NCBI GenBank assembly: GCA_963829475.1
Contig: CAWHIU010000002.1
Coordinates: 3,635-67,634 of the forward strand
Length of the DNA: 64,000 nt
Source of the DNA: an uncultured Actinomycetes bacterium
GTDB lineage: Bacteria; Actinomycetota; Acidimicrobiia; IMCC26256; JANYLB01
Reading direction: 5' to 3'
The notes under the pieces were generated by a model. It saw only the letters and a list, made by a program, of their open reading frames with translations, searched no databases and was not told where the DNA came from. The translations under genes and the position numbers were made by a program. How positions within the stretch are numbered: the stretch's first letter is position 1; each line of letters starts with the position of its first letter. Below are positions 54,380 to 64,000 of this stretch, piece by piece.

Positions 54380-55732
54380 GTGGAGGTACCGGTGACGGAC
54401 GAAGACAACGTGAGCAACGTCGAGGAGCCGGCGGGAGCGGACTCGGACTCCGAGTCCGAGGTCGTCGGCAGCCCCGATGCTGTGGTCGATCCCGCGACCA
54501 CAGCGGTCGATGCCGTCGTAGATGCACCTGAAGGCGACGAAGACCTGCAAAGCGCGCTGACCGTGCCGCCACCGTCGTCACCACCGTCGAACGTCTCGGG
54601 AACGCCAGCACCGAAGTCGCGCAGCGGCTTCAAGCAGTTCGTCGTCGGAGCGATCGTCGGCGGTGTCATCGGTGCGCTCGTCGCCGGCGGCATCGTCTTC
54701 GCGACGCGCGACGACAACGCCGACTCGACGACGCGGGTCGTCGAGCGCGTTGTCCCCGCGAAGGACTCTCGCAACACGTCGGCGTTCGCGAAGCCGGCCG
54801 ACATCCAGGGTGTCTTGCAGAAGATCGAGCCGGCTGTCGTCGCGATCACCACCGGTGGCGCGACCGATCTGTTCGCCAACGCGGGAACGAGCGGTGGCGC
54901 GGGTACCGGCTTCGTGGTTTCGGCCGATGGTGTGATCGTCACCAACAACCACGTCGTCGACGGCGCGAAGGGCCAGATCCAGGTCAACTTCTCCGACGGC
55001 ACGAAGAAGAAGGCCACGGTCCTCGGCAGCGACTCGTCGATCGACCTCGCGGTCATCAAGGTCGACGCGGAGAACCTGCCGACCGCGAAGCTCGGCGACT
55101 CGAGCTCGCTCCAGGTGGGCGACCAGGTGATCGCGATCGGCAACGCGCTCGCGCTCGACGGTGGCCCGAGCGTCACCCAGGGCATCGTCTCCGCGGTGAA
55201 CCGCCAGATCTCCGAACAGAACGGCGCCGCGCTCTACAACCTCATCCAGACGGATGCGGCGATCAACCCCGGCAACTCCGGCGGTCCGCTCGTGAACTCG
55301 AGTGGTGAGGTGGTCGGGATCAACACCGCCATCGCCGACCCGAGCGACTCGCAGAACGTCGGTTTCGCGATCTCGATCTCGAGCGTGTCGGACTCGATCG
55401 ATCAGCTTCGGGCGGGCAAGAGCGTCCGGCTCCCGTACCTCGGTGTGTACTCCCAGTCACTCACCCAGGCGCAGGCCACGGAGCTCGGCGCCAAGGTCCA
55501 GAGCGGTGCGCTCGTGCGCAAGGTGACGGGCGGCAGCCCCGCCGACAACGCCGGGATCAAGAAGGACGACGTCATCATCCGGATCGGCGACAGCAGGGTC
55601 GCGAGCGCCGAAGACGTCGGCACCGCGGTGCGCCAGAAGAAGGCGGGCGACACCGTCTCGGTGACCGTCGACCGCAAGGGTGAGCAGCAGACCGTCTCGG
55701 TCACCCTCGGTGTCCGTCCCGATTCGAACTGA
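54380..55732 (+). CDS. htrA: HtrA/DegP-family (S1C) serine protease with a TM anchor and a PDZ domain.
   Basis: The catalytic triad context is TNNHVV / DLAVIKV / GNSGGPLV. The C-terminus is PDZ-like. The likely start is GTG 54392, after GGAGG. Confidence 0.9.
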   Translation: MEVPVTDEDNVSNVEEPAGADSDSESEVVGSPDAVVDPATTAVDAVVDAPEGDEDLQSALTVPPPSSPPSNVSGTPAPKSRSGFKQFVVGAIVGGVIGALVAGGIVFATRDDNADSTTRVVERVVPAKDSRNTSAFAKPADIQGVLQKIEPAVVAITTGGATDLFANAGTSGGAGTGFVVSADGVIVTNNHVVDGAKGQIQVNFSDGTKKKATVLGSDSSIDLAVIKVDAENLPTAKLGDSSSLQVGDQVIAIGNALALDGGPSVTQGIVSAVNRQISEQNGAALYNLIQTDAAINPGNSGGPLVNSSGEVVGINTAIADPSDSQNVGFAISISSVSDSIDQLRAGKSVRLPYLGVYSQSLTQAQATELGAKVQSGALVRKVTGGSPADNAGIKKDDVIIRIGDSRVASAEDVGTAVRQKKAGDTVSVTVDRKGEQQTVSVTLGVRPDSN

Positions 55733-55790
55733 GCTCCTCCAGATCCCCACGGGTAGGGTGGAGCTTTCCGTCACGTTCTGAGGGAGTTCC

Positions 55791-56063
55791 ATGAGTACCG
55801 AATCCGAGGAGCTCGAGCAGGTTCCCCCGATCGGCCACATCAAGGTCGTCTACATGGGCCCGGTCTCACCGCACTGGGAGGTCCGCGGCGTCTTCGGCGA
55901 CCGTCAGGTGGTCGACGGCTTCCGCGAGCGAGCGCTGGCCCGGCTCCAGCTGCTCCCCCCGCACGATCCGCAGTTCCGGCGCAACCGCGAGCGGGTCGCG
56001 CGCGACGCCGAACGCGAGAACCTCATCCTCGAATGGGACCTCGGCTACGAAGAGGCCTCCTGA
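55791..56063 (+). CDS. Conserved-looking hypothetical protein (90 aa).
   Basis: An intact ORF with ordinary amino-acid composition. I recognise no family. Its stop codon is embedded in the first repeat unit (CTCCTGA). Confidence 0.4.
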   Translation: MSTESEELEQVPPIGHIKVVYMGPVSPHWEVRGVFGDRQVVDGFRERALARLQLLPPHDPQFRRNRERVARDAERENLILEWDLGYEEAS

Positions 56064-56323
56064 TCTCGGGTCGAATCCGCTGCGTCGGCTCGATCGCTCA
56101 CCAGTTGAGGTCCGGTGCGCGGTGTCCGCCGACTCCGCTACTTCTCCTGATCTCGGGTCGAATCCGCTGCGTCGGCTCGATCGCTCACCAGTTGAGGTCC
56201 GGTGCGCGGTGTCCGCCGACTCCGCTACTTCTCCTGATCTCGGGTCGAACCGCTGCGTCGGCTCGATCGCTCACCGGCTGAGGTCCGGTGACGCGTGTCC
56301 GCCGACTCCGCTTCTTCTCCTGA
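56058..56323 (+). repeat. Tandem array of 3 copies of an 87 bp unit (family B), related to the array at 30324.
   Basis: TGATCTCGGGTCGAA starts are at 56061, 56148 and 56235. The array fills the whole gap between the convergent stops at 56063 and 56331. Confidence 0.9.
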
Positions 56324-56330
56324 GTCGTGC

Positions 56331-57062
56331 TTAGCGGTCGATGAGGAGGGGGTCCTCGGGCGTCGTGGGCCAGGTGCCGGTGACCATGAACTGCACGCGC
56401 TCGGCGATCGTGACCGCGTGGTCGGCCACTCGTTCGTAGTGCCGGGCCACCAGGGCGACCTGCACGGCCTCCTGGATCGTGGCCTCGGAGTTGGCGCCCC
56501 AGCTCAGGATGTGGCGAAACAGGCTCTTGCCGAGCTCGTCCATCGCGTCGTCCATGTCGCGCAGCGCTGCAGCCTGTGACGGGTCGCCGTCGGCGAACGC
56601 GTCGATGGCGACGCGCGTCTGGTTCGACGCCTGGTCGCCCATCTGGTCGATGATCCCGCGCACCTTCGGGTCGAGCGGGTGCGGATAGAGCCGACGGGTC
56701 GTCTTGGCGACGTTCACCATGAGGTCGGCGCTGCGCTCGAGCTCGTGGTTGATGCGCATGATCGTGACGATCGTCCGCAGGTCGGTGGCCATCGGCTGCT
56801 GGCGAGCCAACACCAGAAGGCAGCGGTCCTCGACCGAGTGGTAGAGGACGTCGATCACGTCGTCGCGCTCGATGACCGCCTCAGCTTCGCCGAGGTCGGC
56901 GTCGAGGAGCGCCTGGGTGGCACCGGCGATCGCCTCGGTCGTGAGCGCGCCGAGCCGGATCACGTCGATCCGGAGATCGTCGAGGCTCTCGGAGAACTCC
57001 TTGCGGGCCTCCTGGGGAAACTCGGGCTGCTGGGGTTCGGGGGGAAACTCGGGATTCGTCAC
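56331..57062 (-). CDS. phoU: Phosphate signalling complex protein PhoU.
   Basis: Two PhoU repeats are present (IERDDVIDVLYHSVEDRCL..., ELERSADLMVNVAK, RHYERVADHAVTIAERV). Confidence 0.9.
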   Translation of the reverse strand: MTNPEFPPEPQQPEFPQEARKEFSESLDDLRIDVIRLGALTTEAIAGATQALLDADLGEAEAVIERDDVIDVLYHSVEDRCLLVLARQQPMATDLRTIVTIMRINHELERSADLMVNVAKTTRRLYPHPLDPKVRGIIDQMGDQASNQTRVAIDAFADGDPSQAAALRDMDDAMDELGKSLFRHILSWGANSEATIQEAVQVALVARHYERVADHAVTIAERVQFMVTGTWPTTPEDPLLIDR

Positions 57063-57199
57063 GGCGGGCTCCAGACACGGGCGTGCAGGGTTCGACAGCT
57101 GTCGGGCTGGCCGCGGGTGGAGGCGGCACGACCATCATGGTCGAGGGTCGCAGCCGGTGCATCGCACCCTTCGAGGGTGGCGCCGACTGTTGCGGTTCC

Positions 57200-57336
57200 G
57201 TTCACCTCGAGGTTGCCGTTTCGTCACCTCCCCGCCGGGCATCCGGGGCCGCCGAGGCCTCGGAAGTGTCTTTCGAGGGCCGCTTCGTCGTGGCTCGTTC
57301 ACCGAGCTTCACCGGTTGTTCACCTCGGCGTTCCCC
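57200..57336 (+). promoter_or_regulatory. Two clusters of PHO-box-like direct repeats (GTTCACC-type, ~11-nt phasing) in the phoU-pstS divergent intergenic region.
   Basis: Cluster 1 has GTTCACC at 57200, GTTGCCG at 57212 and G-TCACC at 57223. Cluster 2 has GTTCACC at 57297, cTTCACC at 57307, GTTCACC at 57318 and GTTCCCC at 57330. They lie 130-260 nt upstream of pstS. Confidence 0.65.
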
Positions 57337-57462
57337 AGCGGCCACTGCCCCGTTGTCGGCTCTCTCTACGATCCGCGGCATGCAGACCTGGGAGTCGGTG
57401 ACATCGCATCCGCGAACCGTGCCGGCACCCTTCCCTACATCCCCTCGAGGAGGGTTTTCCGC

Positions 57463-58571
57463 ATGACTCGTACTTCACCGCGCTGGCGGTGGCTCATGGC
57501 CGTAGTGGTCGTGCTCGGCGTCACCGCCGCAGCATGTGGCAGCAGCAGCAGCAAGAGCGACAGCTCGAGCACGACGAATGGGGGTGGGAGCACGAAGGAG
57601 CTGCCCGCCGCCACGATCAACGGCTCGGGCTCGACGTTCGTGGCCGCCTACATCAACGAGGCAGCCAACGCGTTCAAGCAGGTCCAGCCGAACATCACCG
57701 TGGTCTACCCGCCGACCAACTCAGGTGGCTCCGGCAAGGGCCAGACCGACCTCCAGGCCAACCTCGTCGACTTCGCCGGCACCGACGTCGCGCCCGCCCG
57801 CGGCGGACGCCTCGAAGTACCAGGGTGGCGCGACGTTGCTCTTCCCGACCGTGGCCGGCCCGATCACGCTCTCGTACAACCTGTCGGGTGTGAGCAAGCT
57901 GAAGCTCGACGGTGAGACCACAGCCAAGATCTTCCTCGGCACGATCACGAAGTGGAACGACCCGGCGATCGCCGCGCTGAACTCGGGCGTGACGCCTCCC
58001 CGACGCCGACATCGTTCCGATCCACCGGTCGGAGCCCTCGGGCACGACGGCGAACTTCGCGACGTTCCTGAAGAAGGCTGCTCCCACGATCTTCACGGGG
58101 ACGGCCGACAAGAACTTCGTGTTCCCCGGCGGCAAGGCCGACACCGGCAACGGTGGTGTGGTCAACGACATCAAGGCGACGCCGAACGCGATCGGGTATG
58201 CCGACTACTCCGACGCCAAGGCGGCCGGCCTCACCTTCGCCTCGGTGAAGAACGCCGACGGGAAGTTCGTGGAGGCATCGCTCGATGGTGCCACCGCGGC
58301 GGTTGCGGGTGCGACGGTCAACGCGGATCTCAGCTACGACCCGCTCTTCGCAACCGGTGCGAAGGCGTATCCGATCACCGCTCCCACGTACATCCTGGTC
58401 TACAAGAACCAGACCGATGCGGCGAAGGGCAACGCGCTGAAGTCGTTCCTGACCTTCATCTACGGAGACGGGCAGCAGATCGCATCGACGATCGACTACG
58501 CCCCGCTATCGTCCGACCTGCTGAGCAAGTCGAAGGCGCAACTGAGTCAGCTCGTGATCCCCGCGAGCTGA
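57463..58571 (+). pseudogene. pstS: Phosphate ABC transporter substrate-binding lipoprotein PstS, with 2 frame interruptions.
   Basis: GAGGAGGG sits before ATG 57463. The lipobox is VTAAAC|[11 protein letters not shown] and SGGSGKG are present. The C-terminal part ...[13 protein letters not shown]...[12 protein letters not shown] is in ORF 58119-58571. Confidence 0.85.
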
Positions 58572-58581
58572 ATCGACATCC

Positions 58582-58622
58582 GGGCGGGAGGGGAGCGGCG
58601 AGCCGCCGTTCCCCTCCCCGCC
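58582..58622 (+). terminator. Long GC-rich stem-loop between pstS and pstC (attenuator or partial terminator candidate).
   Basis: GGCGGGAGGGGAGCGGC...GCCGCCGTTCCCCTCCCCGCC has near-perfect inverted arms. No T-tract follows. Confidence 0.45.
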
Positions 58623-58661
58623 GACTTCCCCGTCCGACCCCTCGCTGAGACGGACCGAAGC

Positions 58662-59658
58662 ATGGCCGTGAATCTCGAATCGCCACCGACGGTGCCTCCG
58701 GCGCCTCTCGGGACCGAGCGCCAGCCGGGGAGCATCGCCGACGCGGTGTTCCGCTTCGTCGCGTTGCTCGCCGGTCTCGCGGTGCTTGCGGTGCTCGCGC
58801 TCATCCTGTACTCGACCACCGATCAGGCATGGGCGGCGTTCCAACACGAGGGCTTCGACTTCATCACCCAGAACGCCTGGTACCCGTCGAAGCTCGAGTT
58901 CGGCGCCCTTTCGCTGATCTGGGGCACCCTGCTGATCTCGGTCATCGCGCTCGTGCTGGCGATTCCGGTGAGCCTCGGGATCGCACTCTTCATCACCGAG
59001 ATCGCGCCGCGTCGGATGCGCAGGCCGGTCGTGTACGTGATCGACCTGCTCGCGACGATCCCGTCGGTGGTGTACGGCCTCTGGGGCTGCTCGTCTTCGC
59101 TCCCGCCGTTCTCGGCCTGTACCAGAACCTCGCCGACACGTTCTCCGGCGTGCCCGGTCATCGGGACGCTCCTCGACGGGACGCCGGTCTCGGCCCGGAG
59201 CTTCATGACCGCGGGGATCATCCTCGCGATCATGGTCGTGCCGATCATCACGTCGATCAGCCGCGAGGTGTTCGCGACGACTCCGATCGCGTTGAAGGAG
59301 GCGTCACTCGCGCTCGGCGCAACCCGATGGGAGATGATCCGGGGCTCGGTGATTCCCCACGGTCGCAACGGCATCGTGTCGGCATCGCTGATCGGGCTCG
59401 GCCGAGCGCTCGGCGAGACGATCGCCGTGGTGTTGGTCATCGGCAGCGTGCAGAACGAGATCACGCTCCACCTTTTCAACGCCGGCGACTCGATGGCGTC
59501 GGTGATCGTCGACGCAGTTCCCAGAAGCCCAAGGTTTGCAACGCTCGGCGCTGATCGGGCTGGGTGTGATCCTGTTCCTCGTCACGGTCGTCGTCGGAAT
59601 CATCGCCCGGCTGGTCACGGCCCGCAGCGATCGCCGACTCGGGGTCTCGGGACGATGA
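58662..59658 (+). pseudogene. pstC: Phosphate ABC transporter permease PstC, with about 3 frame interruptions.
   Basis: EFGALSLIWGTLLISVIALVLAIPVSLGIALF and EASLALGATRWEMI are present. The end ...RRLGVSGR* overlaps the pstA ATG (ATGA at 59655). Confidence 0.85.
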
Positions 59659-60545
59659 CGGCAACGCTCCCGTCGCTCCAGCCGAGTCGATCCCGCGGCG
59701 TCCGCAAGGCACGATCGGCGGCGGCGACGGTCGCGATCGTCGGCTCGTTCATCGTCGCCCTCATCCCGCTCGTCTTGATCATCGGCTACGTCATCACCCG
59801 CGGCGTGTCGGTGCTCTCGAGCAGCTTCTTCAACGACGACATCGCCTACAGCGCTCGGGCGGTGAGCGGCGGGATGAAGCCGGCGATCATCGGGACGCTC
59901 CTCATCACCGGCCGCGGCGACGGCGATGGCGGTGCCCCTCGGGATCCTGGGCGGGCATCTGGCTGCACGAGTACGGGACCCCGCGACGACTTGCGGCGCT
60001 GATCCGGTTCCTGGCCGACGTCATGACCGGCGTGCCGTCGATCGTGATGGGCCTGTTCGTCTACACGTTCCTCGTGCTCCGAACCCACGAGACCGATCGG
60101 TTTCTTCGGCGCGATCGCGCTGGCGTGCCTCATGCTCCCGGTCGTCATCCGCACCACCGAGGAGATGCTCCGACTCGTTCCCGACGACCAGCGGGAAGCG
60201 AGCATGGCCCTCGGGGGCCGCCAGGCCCGCACGATCGGTCGGGTGGTCCTTCCGGCTGCACTGCCGGGCATCATCAGCGGCGCGCTGCTCGCGGTCGCGC
60301 GGGCTGCGGGCGAGACGGCACCGCTGCTCTTCACGATCGGGTTCACCTTCACGGTCAACACCGACCTGTTCAGCGGATCCAACACCGCGCTGCCGGTCCA
60401 GATCTTCGGAAACGCCAACTCGGCGTTCCCCGCCGCGCAGGACCGGGCGTGGGGTGCTGCGCTGACCCTGATCGTGTTGGTGTTCGTCTTCACGATCCTC
60501 GCCCGGATCTTCTCTGCCCTCTACGTCCGCAAGCAACGAGGATGA
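59655..60545 (+). pseudogene. pstA: Phosphate ABC transporter permease PstA, with 2-3 frame interruptions.
   Basis: [21 protein letters not shown], and [15 protein letters not shown]...[11 protein letters not shown] in ORF 60132-60545. Confidence 0.85.
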
Positions 60546-61457
60546 GCGCCATGGAGACCGCAACCGCTACCGTCGCGCACACCGTGACCGACGTGCCGAC
60601 CACCACGGAGCGCCCCGTCCCGTCCGAACCCGACGCGGTCCGGCTCCCGAGCGAGCCCGAGCCGAACAGGCGCGGGAGTTGGTCTTCGACATCGCGGACC
60701 TCAGCGTCCACTACGGACCTTCGCTCGCGATCGAGGGCGTCGACCTCGAGATCGCGGCCAACGAGATCACGGCCTTCATCGGCCCTTCGGGCTGCGGCAA
60801 GACCACGGTGCTCCGGTGCCTCAACCGGATGCACGACCTCACGCCCGGCGCCCGAGGTCGAGGGGAGTGTCCGGTACCACGGCCAGGACCTCTACGACAG
60901 CAAGGTCGACCCGGCCGAGGTGCGACACCGGATCGGGATGGTGTTCCAGAAGCCGAACCCGTTCCCCAAGACGATCTACGACAACGTCGCCTACGGACCG
61001 AAGATCAACCGCCAGAAGGGGAGGGGCAAGCTCGACGACATCGTCGAGCACGCACTCACCCGCGCCGCGCTCTGGGACGAGGTGAAGGACAAGCTCAAGA
61101 AGAGCGCGCTCGCGCTCTCGGGCGGGCAGCAGCAACGGCTGTGCATCGCACGCGCGCTCGCGGTCGAGCCCGACGTGATCCTGATGGACGAGCCGTGCTC
61201 TGCGCTCGACCCGATCGCGACGAGCCGCATCGAGGACCTCATGGCCGAGCTGAAGCGCGAGTTCACGATCGTGATCGTCACCCACAACATGCAGCAGGCC
61301 GCGCGCGTCGTCGGACATGACCGCGTTCTTCACCGCCGAGGTCGACGACGCGGGGCACCGGCGCGGGAAGCTGGTCGAGTTCGACAAGACCGAGGCGATG
61401 TTCACCTCACCGTCCGACTCCCGCACCGAGGGCTACATCACCGGACGGTTCGGCTAG
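60542..61457 (+). pseudogene. pstB: Phosphate ABC transporter ATP-binding protein PstB, with about 3 frame interruptions.
   Basis: GPSGCGKTT (Walker A), [14 protein letters not shown] (signature), [11 protein letters not shown] (Walker B) and the C-terminal [10 protein letters not shown]. Confidence 0.9.
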
Positions 61458-62738
61458 GTGACGACGCTGCTGCTCGTTGCCGCGGTGGTCGTGGCGACGG
61501 TCGCGCTGGTGCTGGTCTGGCGATCCGGTCGTTCGGTTCGCAAGGAGCTCGACCGCATCTCGTCGCACCTCGCCGACGACCGCCGTTCGCCGTCCACCGG
61601 GATCGAGTCGGTCTTCGGCTACCTCGAGCAGGCTGCGGAGGAGGCGCACACTTCCGCGACCGAAGCGGAGGCCGATCGCGACCGGTTCTTCGAGGCGCTG
61701 CGCGCCCTCGACGACGGCGTCGTCGTCGTCGACGCGCAGGGGAACACGGTGCTGCGCAACGCTGCCGCCGAGCGGTACGACGCGGCTCGTCACGCCGACG
61801 CGCTCGCCGAGGCCGCGATCGGGGAGCTGCTCGACCAGGCGCGAGCGGGTGAAGGTGGCCAGCGCGAGCTCACGTTGTTCGGCCCACCCCGAGAGGTGCT
61901 GTCGGTCCGGGCGGTGCCGCTGCGCGACGGTTCCGGGGTGTTCGGCGCGGTCGCGTTCATCCGCGACGTCTCGGAGGCCCGCCGCACCGAGAGCGTCCGG
62001 CGCGACTTCGTCGCCAACGTCAGTCACGAGCTGAAGACCCCGATCGGCGCGCTGGCGTTGCTCGCCGAGACGATGGCGGCGGGCGATGATCCCGTCGTGA
62101 TGCACCAGCTGGCCGAACGTGTGCTGCGCGAGGCCGATCGGCTCGGCCGCATCGTCGACGATCTGCTCGACCTCAGCCTGATCGAGGCCCAGGAGGCCCC
62201 GACCCGGGAGCCCACCCCGGTCGCGACGATCGTCTCCGAAGCGGTCGAGCGGGTGAAGGCCCAGGCTGATGCCGCCGACATCCCGGTGCTCTGCGCCGAG
62301 GTTGCCCCGGACCTCGTCGTCTCCTGCGATCACCGCCAGCTCGTGAGTGCGCTCACCAACCTGCTCGACAACGCGGTGAAGTACTCCGAACCCGGGCGAC
62401 CGATCGAGACCTCCGCGATGGCGACGCGGCGGCGGCACGGTTCCGCACGTGGCGATCACGGTGCGCGATCACGGGCTCGGCATCCCGTCGCGCGATCTCG
62501 AACGGATCTTCGAGCGCTTCTACCGAGTCGACCGGGCCCGGAGCCGGGCCACCGGTGGCACCGGACTCGGCCTCGCGATCGTCCGTCACGTGGCTCACGC
62601 CCACGGTGGCGAGGTGACCGTCGAGTCACGGGAGGGCGAGGGCTCGACGTTCACCCTGATGCTCCCGCTCGCCGCCGCCCGTGGACCGGCAGTTCCCAGA
62701 CGACGCGTCCGCGCGACGCGATGCAGGAGGCTTCATGA
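61458..62738 (+). pseudogene. PhoR/SenX3-like sensor histidine kinase (TM-PAS-HisKA-HATPase), with 2 or more frame interruptions. The exact 3' end is uncertain.
   Basis: A TM segment is followed by a PAS-like [34 protein letters not shown] is the H-box. [10 protein letters not shown] follows, and DHGLGIP...[10 protein letters not shown] is in ORF 62449-63111. Confidence 0.8.
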
Positions 62739-63461
62739 CCGGACGACCGACCATCCTCGTCGTCGACGACGAGCAGTCGTACCGCGATGCGCTGGCGGTG
62801 GCGCTCGAGCGGGAAGGCTTCGACGTGGTGCTCGCCGCCGACGGCGCCGAGGCGCTCGAGCGGTTCGACGCGACCCACCCGCAGCTCGTGCTGCTCGACG
62901 TGATGCTGCCCAAGATGTCGGGCATCGACGTGTGCCGCGAGATCCGGACGCGCTCACGGGTCCCGATCATCATGGTCACGGCCCGCAACGCGGAGATCGA
63001 CGCGGTCGTCGGGCTCGAGGTCGGCGCCGACGACTACGTCACGAAGCCGTTCCGACTCCGCGAGCTGGTGGCGCGGGTCCGGGCCGGGTTGCGCCGGAGC
63101 CCGGCCGATGACGAGATCGCGTCGAACAGCTCGGAGCAGCTCGAGGTCGGCGACGTGCGCCTCGACGTCGCCCGGCACGAGGTGTTCGTGCGCGACGAGC
63201 TCGTCGCGCTCCCGCTCAAGGAGTTCGAGCTGCTCGAGCTGCTTGCTCACCAACGCCGGCCGGGTGCTGACCCGCGACGTGCTCATCGACCGGATCTGGG
63301 GACCGAACTACTTCGGCGACACCAAGACGCTCGACGTGCACGTGAAACGCCTCCGGGCGAAGATCGAAGCCGATCCTGCGAACCCGGCACGCATCGTCAC
63401 CGTCCGCGGCGTCGGCTACCGCTACGAGAAGAGCCGCGCGACGTCGCCGACCGGTTCGTAG
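62735..63461 (+). pseudogene. PhoP/RegX3-like OmpR-family response regulator, with one frame interruption near 63250.
   Basis: GCAGGAGG sits before ATG 62735. [23 protein letters not shown] and DDYVTKPF are present. The winged-helix end TVRGVGYRYE is in ORF 63108-63461. Confidence 0.85.
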
Positions 63462-63916
63462 CGTCGGGGAGCAGATCGTCGACGACCAGTGTCGAGCCCG
63501 CGAGCTCGGCGGCTTCGTCGAAGACAGCGGGTTCGACTGCGGGCGTACCGGCGACGGCGGAGCGCGATCCGGTGCGATCGGCGTGGCGAGCTCGGCCGCG
63601 AGGTCGGCGAGCTGGGCGCGTGCACTGCCCGGTGGTGGTGCGACGTCGGGCTCGGATGGCTTCGGGGCCGGCGGTTCGGGAGCGGACGCTTCGGGAGCCG
63701 ACGGTTCGGGAGCAGGTCCCCGCGACGCGAGTGCGTCGGTGAGGTCGGGGGATCGGGAAGCGATCTGCTCGGCAGGGGCGGGGGCGGGGACGGTGAGTTG
63801 GCGTCGTCGGGTGGAACCGGCACCGCCGCGATGGGCCCGGTCGCACCTGCTTCGGGATGTGTCTCCGAGCGTTCCTCGGACTCCCAGCCCTCACCGAGCA
63901 GATCGGAGATCTTCAT
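63422..63916 (-). pseudogene. Pro-rich hypothetical protein, apparently spread over three frames.
   Basis: The N-terminus is MKISDLLGEGWESEE.... Alternative frames give APEPSAPEASAPEPPAPKPSEPD...AQLADLAAELATPIAP and ...PAVFDEAAELAGSTLVVDDLLPDA. This is a weak call. Confidence 0.25.
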
Positions 63917-64000
63917 GGCTTCCGTTCCATCATCCGACGTTCCATCAGGTGTTCCATTCCCTCACAACTTGGCGAGTGCTTCCTCGTACTCGGTCTTGGC

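Noticed and set aside
56033-56334. ORFs 56033-56281 and 56122-56334 (+), which encode internally repeated peptides.
   Set aside because: They are simply translations of the 87-bp (29-codon) tandem repeat. They have no start context, an implausible composition, and the related array A has a 86-88 bp period that breaks the frame.
63962-64000. The C-terminal 12 codons of a minus-strand gene (...AKTEYEEALAKL*) at the window edge.
   Set aside because: The fragment is too short to call or name. It is only noted as a probable gene end.

Overview
High-GC (about 70%) chromosomal segment from an actinobacterium, judged by two WhiB-family genes, a luciferase-like (LLM) oxidoreductase, and tatA-sigE-htrA and phoU-pstSCAB neighbourhoods. 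No rRNA, tRNA, CRISPR array, integrase or transposase was recognised.

Bases 1-12,700 look like an accessory, defence-island-like stretch. They contain:
- a minus-strand DUF499 ATPase / small protein / DUF1156 methylase operon;
- a ~330 bp diverged duplication bracketing a lower-GC two-gene cassette;
- a coiled-coil PD-(D/E)xK nuclease-like gene coupled to a zinc-ribbon gene;
- a DUF222-like remnant and a HicA/HicB-like pair;
- a family of tail-anchored coiled-coil paralogs built from in-frame tandem repeats.

The rest is mostly core:
- FHA and PAS-GGDEF-EAL proteins;
- a RecQ-like helicase with a PRTase-like tail, two coiled-coil proteins, and Lhr;
- a GT-C / two-component system / GT87-like envelope cluster;
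- tesB, typA, an amidohydrolase, an SDR, a desaturase, and sdhCAB;
- a ChlI-like AAA+ / VWA pair, a GAF histidine kinase with a receiver, and two whiB genes;
- tatA-sigE-anti-sigma-RseB-like-htrA, and phoU / pstSCAB / PhoR-PhoP-like.

Non-coding signals seen directly in the sequence:
- GGAAC-N17/18-CGTT ECF promoters before sigE and htrA;
- GTTCACC direct-repeat PHO boxes before pstS;
- an ~87 bp tandem-repeat family at three loci, with compensatory stem changes between two of them;
- a hairpin plus G-quadruplex element present twice.

Major caveat: many conserved genes have broken reading frames, clustered in some regions and absent from others. I cannot tell assembly indels from real gene decay. 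'Pseudogene' here means only that the frame is interrupted in the sequence as given.
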